From Candidatus Aminicenantes bacterium (GTDB lineage: Bacteria > Acidobacteriota > Aminicenantia > Aminicenantales > Aminicenantaceae), in contig DRHQ01000161.1 of NCBI GenBank assembly GCA_011049545.1, forward strand, positions 17,032-81,031: 64,000 nt of DNA. The letters are read 5' to 3'. The translations under genes and the position numbers were made by a program. The notes under the pieces are model-generated. The model did not search any database. It was not told where the DNA came from and worked only from the letters and a program-made list of their open reading frames with translations. Of this stretch, positions 1-7,913 are shown in pieces. Position 1 is the first letter of the stretch. Each line of letters begins with the position of its first letter.

Positions 1-84
1 CATTGAAATCCTCAACTTATTCAATCTTGTATAGGAGATTCAGTCCATAGGCCCTATTGAATCAGTATAACAAAATCCGTTATA

Positions 85-1125
85 ATGAAAAAACTATTCT
101 TATCAATTCAATTCTTGGAGGAAACCTCTGTGGAGAAAAAAGATAGTCACACTTCAATAAATCGCCGTGAGTTTATCAAGCTTTTAACCGTGAGTGCGGT
201 TGGAGGCAAGGCAATATTATTCCAAGAAAAGCCGCCCATGACTTATCGTAAGCTGGGCCGGACCGGCTTTATGTCCAGCAGATTGGTTTTTGGGGGTGGG
301 GCAGCACTGGCAGGGGGAAAAGCTGTGCGGCTTCTGGACCGTGCCCTCGAAGCTGGGATCAACCATTTCGACCTTGGTTCAAACGTTTATTACCGAGGTG
401 CGGAACGAAGTTTCGCTCCATTCTTAAAGATAAATCGCAGGAAAATCTGGGTAGCCTCGAAAGCTCCTCTGATGATTAGAGTGAAACCTGAGGACACGAT
501 CACCGTGGAGCAAGCCAAATCCGCAGCCGCCAGCTGGACAAAATTGATGGATGCCAGCCTGAAAGACCTCGGAATAGACTATATCGACCTTTATTACCTA
601 ATGGCTGCTGATAATCCCTCACTTATTAGCAGTGAAGAGATCAATAATGCATTTTTGACTGCAAAAAAAGCCGGGAAAGTCGGATATTTCGGGTTGAGCA
701 CGCATAAAAATGCCCACAAAGTCCTAGAAACAGCGATAAAGACCGGATGGTATGATGTTGCCATGCTCGGGATTACGCCGGCCGGGTGGTACGATTGGGA
801 AGCTCGTGACCTGCTTTCCGGAACACCTGTTCTCAAAGAGCTAGAAGCACTGCTCAAAAAGGCCCGTACTGCCGGGATCGGACTCGTCGGCATGAAGACG
901 GTCAGACATCTGGCGCCCAAGTCGGCCATGGGAAAGGCGGATCCCAGCGCCTTTGACAAATACTACCATAAGAATTTTATGTCCTCCCCACTAACTCCAT
1001 TCCAACGTGCTTACGCCTATGTCCTGGAGCACGGATTGGATGTGGTCAATGCCGACATGCAGAATTTTAAACATCTCGAAGAAAACATAATAGCTGCAGC
1101 AACCTCGCATAAGTATTTCGCGTGA
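85..1125 (+). CDS. aldo/keto reductase family oxidoreductase with twin-arginine signal
   Basis: 346-aa ORF. N-terminal NRREFIKLL Tat-like motif plus a hydrophobic stretch. LGRTGF..S.LVFGGG and GINHFD motifs are typical of AKRs. Confidence 0.8.
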   Translation: MKKLFLSIQFLEETSVEKKDSHTSINRREFIKLLTVSAVGGKAILFQEKPPMTYRKLGRTGFMSSRLVFGGGAALAGGKAVRLLDRALEAGINHFDLGSNVYYRGAERSFAPFLKINRRKIWVASKAPLMIRVKPEDTITVEQAKSAAASWTKLMDASLKDLGIDYIDLYYLMAADNPSLISSEEINNAFLTAKKAGKVGYFGLSTHKNAHKVLETAIKTGWYDVAMLGITPAGWYDWEARDLLSGTPVLKELEALLKKARTAGIGLVGMKTVRHLAPKSAMGKADPSAFDKYYHKNFMSSPLTPFQRAYAYVLEHGLDVVNADMQNFKHLEENIIAAATSHKYFA

Positions 1126-1127
1126 GG

Positions 1128-1158
1128 GCAGATTTAAAGAATCTGCTAATTTTCTGTT
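1128..1158 (+). terminator. putative intrinsic terminator after the AKR gene
   Basis: 7-bp stem GCAGATT/AATCTGC (1128-1134 / 1140-1146) with a 5-nt loop, followed by the T-rich TAATTTTCTGTTT. Confidence 0.45.
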
Positions 1159-1805
1159 TCCTTTTGCCATCAATATTGCAAATAGTGACACTATATGCAA
1201 ATTTACTTGCATTTGGTAGCATGATTTGACAAGAAATTATTTACCATTTTTCGTGAATCTTTCTACCTAATTGATATCTTTCCAATTATAAATTCCAGGA
1301 GTTAACATAATAGTTCTTATTCGACGCAAATTTAAGCTTGGGGATTGGGAGGATTGATTATTGAGACATGAGGCTAGGCTTCATTGGTTAAACATGAAAT
1401 TCAAGAGATGTCATTCCCCTCTCCGAGAGGATTCACAAACTAATTGATCCATTTTTCAACCTGTGATTACAGTACACAACCATATTCGATCGTTATTCAA
1501 GGCCGATTCATGAAGGATTTTTGTAGAAACGATAAGACAATGAAAAGGTAATAAAAGCGGTCAAGATAGTGACAAAGTTGGTGACAATCGAGAATCAGTC
1601 CAAGCTAATCAACTGAAAATAAAAGAGATGTTATAGAGTGAGCGAGGGGTCACGCATCCCTTGAATGAAAAATATTGGTCTGAATCTCCTTGAGTTATTG
1701 CAAGTATTGCCTGAGAGATGCTGTCTGTTTAGAGAGAGGGAGTAAAAATCGGGAACAAAAGATTTATTGAATTATTGGGAGTGAATTAATCAATGCTTCT
1801 CTTCG

Positions 1806-2237
1806 CTATCCCCCTCCAATCCTTCTAATTTCTTCCCAGGCTTTTTTAACCATTTCATTTCGTTTTCTGTGATGCATAGCAAGGGGACTTTTACTTATTG
1901 CTGGTATTTTTTGGATAAGATTAAATAATTCGCTCATTTCCTTTTTGGTATCCATACTAGCAAATTCAATTAATCCTTCCGCTAAGGCAAGATAAGCTCT
2001 TGTTTTAATTCTCATAGCAATATAGAGAAGCCTTTTACTTAGTTCATATAATTCTTTGCTAGGAGGAGTCATAATTTCATCTATATAACGTCGCATCTCA
2101 AGTAAAATCTCTTCTGCCTGATGGAAAAGCTCTATATCTCGCCTCCTTTGATCAAGGTGGCTTTGGTAGTATAAGTTAATAAAACCTCCTCCCATTGCTA
2201 ATAATGCTCCAAGTAATATTAAAAGAGCTTGTTCCAT
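1806..2237 (-). CDS. hypothetical protein, N-terminal transmembrane helix (island ORFan)
   Basis: 143-aa ORF with a strong SD (AAGGGAGG) 6 nt upstream of the ATG. Hydrophobic N-terminus LLILLGALLAMGGGF. No domain recognised. Confidence 0.6.
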   Translation of the reverse strand: MEQALLILLGALLAMGGGFINLYYQSHLDQRRRDIELFHQAEEILLEMRRYIDEIMTPPSKELYELSKRLLYIAMRIKTRAYLALAEGLIEFASMDTKKEMSELFNLIQKIPAISKSPLAMHHRKRNEMVKKAWEEIRRIGGG

Positions 2238-2272
2238 TTATTGACCTCCCTTAGCTTGACATACTTATCCTG

Positions 2273-2306
2273 ATTCTATGCTCAGGTGTCCGTTCCGTGA
2301 AGTCAA
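2273..2306 (-). promoter_or_regulatory. promoter-like module, paralogous to 3352-3380, with an over-long spacer
   Basis: On the minus strand, TTGACT (2306-2301) and TAGAAT (2278-2273). The spacer is 22 nt because of a 5-nt TCCGT tandem duplication relative to the copy at 3359-3380. Confidence 0.35.
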
Positions 2307-2495
2307 GGAAGACTGTTTTGTCAGGAATACTGTCTGGAACGGCGGTGCGGAGCTAAATGTTAAGAAATTCCGAAGGCAGTTTTACTTTGCTTCCCTTTAA
2401 AATAACGCTCTTCTTACTTCCTCTCAATACCAGAAAAATTATGAAAATAGCTACACATATAATAAGCGTTATCAGAAACACCCAAAATAAAGTGG

Positions 2496-2729
2496 TTAAT
2501 ACGGCAGTAACTTCTGTTGCGTATTGTTATATACAGCTTTTGTTAAAATTACTGTCAGTAAACCGCCTGCCAATAACGAAGCAAAGGAGAGAAATATCTC
2601 AGTGAATATAGTCATAGTTGCAATATCATCAATCTCAGCTTTAGTTACATGATACAAATCTATTTCTCGTGTATGTACTGTGACTTCAATAGACCTGATT
2701 TCACCTAATTGGTTTTGATTTTCAGGCAT
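2496..2729 (-). CDS. hypothetical small membrane protein
   Basis: 77-aa ORF starting 4 nt after the stop of the upstream ORF (operon-like). C-terminal hydrophobic helix FLSFASLLAGGLLTVIL. Confidence 0.5.
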   Translation of the reverse strand: MPENQNQLGEIRSIEVTVHTREIDLYHVTKAEIDDIATMTIFTEIFLSFASLLAGGLLTVILTKAVYNNTQQKLLPY

Positions 2730-2733
2730 GATA

Positions 2734-2943
2734 TTACATTAACGCGATATCAGATTTAGGATATTTCTTTTTCAAATCTTCAACTACAGCGCTCTTTATT
2801 CCATTAACATCATCTCCGCTTGGAATCCTCAACATAGGCGTATTATTATTTGCAATCATCTCAACAATTTTTTCTAACACCGCCAATCTGAACTCATTTT
2901 GAAGAATCTGAGAAGCATCAATTTCTCCGAATTTGATTCCCAT
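2734..2943 (-). CDS. hypothetical small protein
   Basis: 69-aa ORF with SD AAGGAGG upstream of the ATG. No recognisable domain. Confidence 0.5.
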   Translation of the reverse strand: MGIKFGEIDASQILQNEFRLAVLEKIVEMIANNNTPMLRIPSGDDVNGIKSAVVEDLKKKYPKSDIALM

Positions 2944-2979
2944 TTTGAAACCTCCTTTTTTATTAAATTTTTCATTTAA

Positions 2980-3012
2980 CTCAAAACCAAGGCTCTCAGA
3001 TTGCCTGAGAGC
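2980..3012 (-). terminator. possible intrinsic terminator/attenuator after the zinc-ribbon gene
   Basis: 8-bp stem GCTCTCAG/CTGAGAGC (2992-2999 / 3005-3012). On the minus strand it is followed by CTTGGTTTTGA. Confidence 0.35.
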
Positions 3013-3067
3013 GACGAATTAAAGCTATCGCAATAGAGTGAAACCTAGCTTGCTGTTTTAACCAGAT

Positions 3068-3304
3068 TTAACCTCCAACGCCCTTTGCTTCTGCACCCAT
3101 TAGGTTCATTTTGAAAAAGCCCTCTTCTCCGCATTCTGGGCATTCTACTTCAAAGCCAAGTATAGTGATGTTTTTTAAATCTGTAGAAGGATTAGGCTCG
3201 TCTGGGCGTATGGTTACGAGCTTCGCCCCCTTCTTACATTTGCCACAGGTAAAAGTTATGTATTCACTCGACTCGGCTGATACATAAATTAATTCTGTCT
3301 CCAT
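3068..3304 (-). CDS. hypothetical zinc-ribbon protein
   Basis: 78-aa ORF with two CxxC pairs (CGKC, CPEC) and SD AGGGAGG upstream. Confidence 0.6.
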   Translation of the reverse strand: METELIYVSAESSEYITFTCGKCKKGAKLVTIRPDEPNPSTDLKNITILGFEVECPECGEEGFFKMNLMGAEAKGVGG

Positions 3305-3351
3305 TTTAACCTCCCTTTACTGAGATTTTACTTATTTGCAATCTCAGAGTG

Positions 3352-3380
3352 ATTTTACGCTCAGGTGTCCGTGAAGTCAA
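3352..3380 (-). promoter_or_regulatory. sigma70-type promoter for the zinc-ribbon gene
   Basis: On the minus strand, TTGACT (3380-3375), an exactly 17-nt spacer, then TAAAAT (3357-3352). A 5' UTR hairpin CTGAGATT/AATCTCAG follows. Confidence 0.55.
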
Positions 3381-3455
3381 TGGAGATTCGGAGGCTTTTG
3401 TTTTCTAGTAGCTTTCTGTACAATAGACACATATCCTAATAAAAGGGAGTCGATA

Positions 3456-3989
3456 ATGTGCGTAGTGAATTTCTTTGAAAGCTACGGTCATATAATTTCT
3501 ACTACAGCTTTGCTTATAACTCTCGGAGTGCTAATTTGGTACGCATGGGAGACTAGAGGATTAAGAAAGGAGGCCGTTAGGCAAACAGAATTAAGTCAAA
3601 GACCTTATGTTATCCTCATTCATACTGGCTCTGGTCTTCTCAGTTTCGAAAATATTGGTCTCAGCCACGCTCTTGACGTTTCTGTTGACGTACAGCATAT
3701 GGACGTATTTCTTGTTCGGCTTCAACCATGTCATCTTGTCAGGAAGGGTCAAAAAGTGAAAGCAGGATTTCTGTTAGAAGGTAAAGATGCAGAGGCTGAC
3801 GAAATAATAAGGGGTTTTGGTAGTGGAAACATAGGATTTCCCTTTTTTGAAACCCATGAGAATATTAAAGATTATCCTTTGACCGTACACTACGAAAACA
3901 TTGAGGGTACACGTTACTACACACAATTAGAGGTAAGAGTAAAAGAGAGAAGGGTTGTAGTATTAAAATCTGAAAAAAGCAAAGTTTGA
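3456..3989 (+). CDS. hypothetical protein, N-terminal transmembrane helix
   Basis: 177-aa ORF with SD AGGGAG upstream. Hydrophobic stretch TTALLITLGVLIWYAW. No domain recognised. Confidence 0.55.
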   Translation: MCVVNFFESYGHIISTTALLITLGVLIWYAWETRGLRKEAVRQTELSQRPYVILIHTGSGLLSFENIGLSHALDVSVDVQHMDVFLVRLQPCHLVRKGQKVKAGFLLEGKDAEADEIIRGFGSGNIGFPFFETHENIKDYPLTVHYENIEGTRYYTQLEVRVKERRVVVLKSEKSKV

Positions 3990-4269
3990 AGTCAAATGAA
4001 AAAAGAACAGACCTCCCCCTTTGTCACCATTTGTCACTAAGTTTGCTTACTATCGCCTACTTACGGCTACGATTGCTAACGGCTTTTCCCGAGAAAAATA
4101 AAATACCCCTGTTAAAAAAGAGGATTCGAGATCCCTCGCTCACCCAACCTTTGGATCCACAATCCGAGGCTCTAAGTCTCTGCCTTTCCTGTGCCATATA
4201 AGGATTGAAAATAGAGGAATAGTGTTGAATTCAGAACTCCTCTAAGTTGCTGATTTTTCAGGGAAAATC

Positions 4270-4345
4270 TGGCACGCCCGGAGGGATTCGAACCCCCGAC
4301 CTTCGGATTCGAAGTCCACTGCTCTATCCGCTGAGCTACGGGCGC
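4270..4345 (-). tRNA. tRNA-Arg (anticodon TCG), CCA encoded
   Basis: The reverse complement folds as a cloverleaf. Acceptor GCGCCCG/CGGGCGT, D arm GCTC..GAGC, anticodon loop CTTCGAA, T arm GGGGG-TTCGAAT-CCCTC, 3' GCCA. Confidence 0.9.
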
Positions 4346-4358
4346 ACCACATTTATTT

Positions 4359-4607
4359 TCAATGGGTTACAATACGGGAGGTCTGCTTTCCGTCCTCAGT
4401 TGTAACCAAATTGTGACCATTCACTCTGTATTTTTTCTCTTCCTTTTCCATTTCCTTCTTCGAAACAAGCTGCTCCACAGCTGAATTCATGAGGCTCTTG
4501 CGCACGCGGTTATTTTTGCTCCTCTCTACTCTAATAAATCTGCGTTTAAAATCAACCTTATCCCTCCTGAGATCCAAGATCTCACTCCTCCGCATACCAG
4601 TGTTCAA
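4359..4607 (-). pseudogene. truncated tyrosine recombinase (phage-type integrase) remnant
   Basis: The 82-aa ORF keeps the box I region TGMRRSEILDLRRDKVDF..RFIRVERSKNN. It lacks the N-terminal domain and the HxxR...Y catalytic segment. It abuts the stop of the next gene by 12 nt. Confidence 0.7.
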
Positions 4608-4619
4608 CGCCAGCTCACC

Positions 4620-6710
4620 TTACTCGATGACAATGATACCCCAGACATGCAGATAAGGAACGGTGAAGGAAATGAACCCGTCCTCGATGCTGAAGGGCAG
4701 TATGCTCGGCTCGGCATAGTCCGGCGAAACCAGCGTGACCGTGGAAGCCGCGGAAACAAGCCCGGCGTCCACCTCAATTGCCAGGTAGCTCTTTTCATTA
4801 ATCTGTGCTGCGGAATAATCAAGATCGTAGTTGATAATATGCAGGTTGAGCTTGCCCTTGTTATCCCACATTACCAGTCCCATCTTGCTCTCGGATAAAA
4901 GGCGTATGGTTCTTTTGCTCAGGTTGCCGTCTATCAGGGCGGTAAAGTCGGCTATGACCTGAGACTGGTTCATAGGCGGCGGCTGTTCCTCCAGCGGCTG
5001 GTAAAACTGCGGCAGGGCTAAAGACAGATTGACCATCGCCTGATATTGAATATGCTGACCGTAGAGGTCCAATCTGGCCACCCATTCCGGCTCATAGATT
5101 ATTCCAGCCTGCACGCTCTGCTCTGCGCTGAAAGGAGACGGATTGACGTCGGTTTCACCGATATATATTATGCGGCCCCCGCCTTGACAGTAACTCAGCA
5201 GTGCCTCTTTTTCGGTGGAGGCCAAAGCGTACGTTGCAGGAAGTATAACCACATCGTACTGTGCCAAACGCTCCACCGTCAGGTCGTCGCCGTGGCTGAA
5301 TACCACGTCATACTGATATTGGCTGTCGTTAAGCAGTTGCCCCAAGTTAAAAAACTGATTGTGCGTCTGGCTGTAAAACTCCTCGCCGGCCATCGTCGTC
5401 AGCGAATACAGCAGCCCGATGCGTGATTTGCTTTCCCAATCGGCAAAATTGAAGATATCGGAGTGGCTCAAAATGAAATCGTTGTACTCTGCCGGGCTGC
5501 CCCGGCCTGGAAACGCCACCAGTTGCGCCTTATTGGCGTAGCTTTCGGCTATGTATATGGAGTAAAGGTCAGCGATATCGTAGTGGTTCATCAGTGCCTC
5601 GGTGTCCCCCAGCCAGGCAATCATGGGTGTGCTGTTGACCGCCACAACAAGTTTGTAAGCGGCAATATGCTGCCAGTACCTTTCCTTGCCGTACAATGCC
5701 CCCGCCGATAAAGCGTTGAAGTACGGTCTTATATACTTTGCAGTGCAGTCCCGGTACTCGCAGCATTCGGTGACCATCAGCTTCCGGCCGTACTGCTGTT
5801 GCGCATACTCCTTTGCCGTCTGCATAATGAAGTCGGCAAACTCGGCGGTCGCCTTGGCCTGAAAATCAAAGAAGTCGTCGTAAAGGGGAAAAGCGGCGTG
5901 GTAAGGATATTCTTCCAGCCTGATACTGTCCACCGTCCAGCCGTAATACGCAAGGAAATCGGAGTAGTCGAAGCTGTCGATATCGGCGATTCCCATGCCG
6001 CTGAGCTCGGCAATTGAATATTTGTTTTTCAAATAAGCTCTGAATCCAGCTTCGCTTGACGGGTTGAAGCTGCCCCAACCGTTCTCCACCCACCAGCGGT
6101 TGCCGTTGATATCATCAATGTTGATTCCGTCGGCACCGGCATCGACCGCGGCCAGCGCCTGCTCCTTAATGTACTGGCGCCAATCGGGGTGGTTGATGTC
6201 ATAGGCGTACTGCGTAGCATCAGGGTCACCCCCGAAATTATCGATTATTACAAAGGGAGAGCCATCCAGCTTGAGCACAGCGGCCTGCATCATCGCGGCG
6301 GACACCTCCTTTATCACGCTTAAATCGGTGTGATCCTCAATGTCAAACAGGGATATGGGGACAATGTACCTGATGCTCTTATCATGGCAGGCGTCTATCT
6401 CGTCCTTTATTTCGGTGCGAATTTTCTCGGGGGAGGTCAGCCCGTTGCCCCACCAGACAACGGAACTGTTTTCGCTCAGCATCTGATCGATATCGGTCAG
6501 ATAGGTGTAGCTTTGTGCTTTCAGCCACCACTCCTCTTGGGGATCAAACTCTGAACTCGGCTCCGGGTCTGGTTCCGTATCCAGGCCGTTGGGCTCTGTG
6601 CCCGGCTCACTGCACGAACTGAACGATAGTAGAAGTACTAGAAATAGCACTGTTACGATAGAACATTTCACGCACTCTATCTTCTTATACCCGGATACAA
6701 CTGTCAACAT
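4620..6710 (-). CDS. secreted lipoprotein, possibly a glycoside-hydrolase-like TIM-barrel protein (family uncertain)
   Basis: 696-aa ORF. Signal peptide with lipobox LLSFSSC. The DAGADGINIDD segment is reminiscent of GH-like TIM barrels. The functional call is weak. Confidence 0.35.
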   Translation of the reverse strand: MLTVVSGYKKIECVKCSIVTVLFLVLLLSFSSCSEPGTEPNGLDTEPDPEPSSEFDPQEEWWLKAQSYTYLTDIDQMLSENSSVVWWGNGLTSPEKIRTEIKDEIDACHDKSIRYIVPISLFDIEDHTDLSVIKEVSAAMMQAAVLKLDGSPFVIIDNFGGDPDATQYAYDINHPDWRQYIKEQALAAVDAGADGINIDDINGNRWWVENGWGSFNPSSEAGFRAYLKNKYSIAELSGMGIADIDSFDYSDFLAYYGWTVDSIRLEEYPYHAAFPLYDDFFDFQAKATAEFADFIMQTAKEYAQQQYGRKLMVTECCEYRDCTAKYIRPYFNALSAGALYGKERYWQHIAAYKLVVAVNSTPMIAWLGDTEALMNHYDIADLYSIYIAESYANKAQLVAFPGRGSPAEYNDFILSHSDIFNFADWESKSRIGLLYSLTTMAGEEFYSQTHNQFFNLGQLLNDSQYQYDVVFSHGDDLTVERLAQYDVVILPATYALASTEKEALLSYCQGGGRIIYIGETDVNPSPFSAEQSVQAGIIYEPEWVARLDLYGQHIQYQAMVNLSLALPQFYQPLEEQPPPMNQSQVIADFTALIDGNLSKRTIRLLSESKMGLVMWDNKGKLNLHIINYDLDYSAAQINEKSYLAIEVDAGLVSAASTVTLVSPDYAEPSILPFSIEDGFISFTVPYLHVWGIIVIE

Positions 6711-6925
6711 CGCTTACTTTGAAATATAAGAATTTGGTTTTTGGAGCTGCATCGAATCCCGTCCGACTTTCCCTAATATCCACCCACTGGCATTCTCAAA
6801 TAAGATTATCACGCCCAAAACGACCAAGTCAACGGCTGGAAAAGAGCAACAAACAACCAAAAGCTCAAACCATCAAGTTTAAGATAGGCTCGGCCCCCAA
6901 ATCATAAAAAAGCAGCCACAGAGCG

Positions 6926-7702
6926 CTAATCTGCAGTCCCACCTCCGTCTATGACAAGATTTGCTCCTGTCATGAAGGATGAGTCATCTGAGGCCAGAAA
7001 GAGTGCGGCTTTGGCTATCTCCTCGGGCGTCCCCATCCGGCCCATCGGACGTTGATCGACATCTTGCTTGTGGTACTCTTCCCATGTCATTCCGCGCATC
7101 CTGGCATCCTCATCAAGCATCGGGGTTTTGACGTCACCGGGACAGAGGCAGTTCACCCGGATGCCCTGGGTTGCATGATCGATGGCCATAGCCTTTGTCA
7201 TGATAACAACACCGCCTTTGGACGCACAATAGGAGACGCCTTCGTTGCCGCCCACAATCCCCCATCCGGAACCGTTGTTGATAATCACACCGCTCTTTTG
7301 GGCAACCATGTGAGGCAAAGCGAACTTGGACATTAAAAATGTGCCTTTGAGATTGATATCGATGGTGAGATTCCACTCTTCTTCCGAACAGTCTATAGCA
7401 TTGTTCGGGAAATACACACCAGCGTTGTTGAAGAGAATATCCAGCTGGCCGAAAGCCTTCATCGTTGTCTCTACAGTTTTCTGGCACTCAGCGGAAGATC
7501 GAACATCTGCGATGACGTATATAGCTTGGCCGCCTCCCTCTTTTATCTCTTCGATGACCTTTTTACACCTTGTCTCATTGCGGCCGGTAAGGCAAATTTT
7601 AGCACCCTCCCTGGCAAAAAGAATAGCTGTTGCTTTCCCAATTCCGGAGTTTCCTCCCGTTATTAAAGCGACCTTGTCAATAAGTTTCATTCTGTTCTCC
7701 AT
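6926..7702 (-). CDS. SDR family oxidoreductase
   Basis: 258 aa. TGGNSGIGKA cofactor motif, NNAG, and the YCASK catalytic motif. Confidence 0.9.
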   Translation of the reverse strand: MENRMKLIDKVALITGGNSGIGKATAILFAREGAKICLTGRNETRCKKVIEEIKEGGGQAIYVIADVRSSAECQKTVETTMKAFGQLDILFNNAGVYFPNNAIDCSEEEWNLTIDINLKGTFLMSKFALPHMVAQKSGVIINNGSGWGIVGGNEGVSYCASKGGVVIMTKAMAIDHATQGIRVNCLCPGDVKTPMLDEDARMRGMTWEEYHKQDVDQRPMGRMGTPEEIAKAALFLASDDSSFMTGANLVIDGGGTAD

Positions 7703-7913
7703 TCATTTTTTCATGTGAAGTAAGCGCCTTATATCCCCATTGCTAAAGCAAGGGGCTTTACGGCGTTCTCTGGTAAAAAATCTTAACTCTTCCATTTTAA
7801 TTTTTCAACCTTTATCATTAACATCAGAACGATTCTAAAGAAAGTCATGTCTTTGGTTTCGTTGCAAGAGGAAAAAAACTAAGATAAAATACATCTATGA
7901 TGAGAGGAAAATC

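Noticed and set aside
2357-2605. 82-aa plus-strand ORF between island genes
   Set aside because: It overlaps the better-supported minus-strand 77-aa gene and the promoter-like module. It has no SD.
4070-4148. A second, complete tRNA gene ending ..GGATTCGAGATCCCTCGCTCACCCA
   Set aside because: Only the T-arm/acceptor 3' part is tRNA-like. The upstream 50 nt cannot form D or anticodon arms. I treat it as a fragment or att relic.
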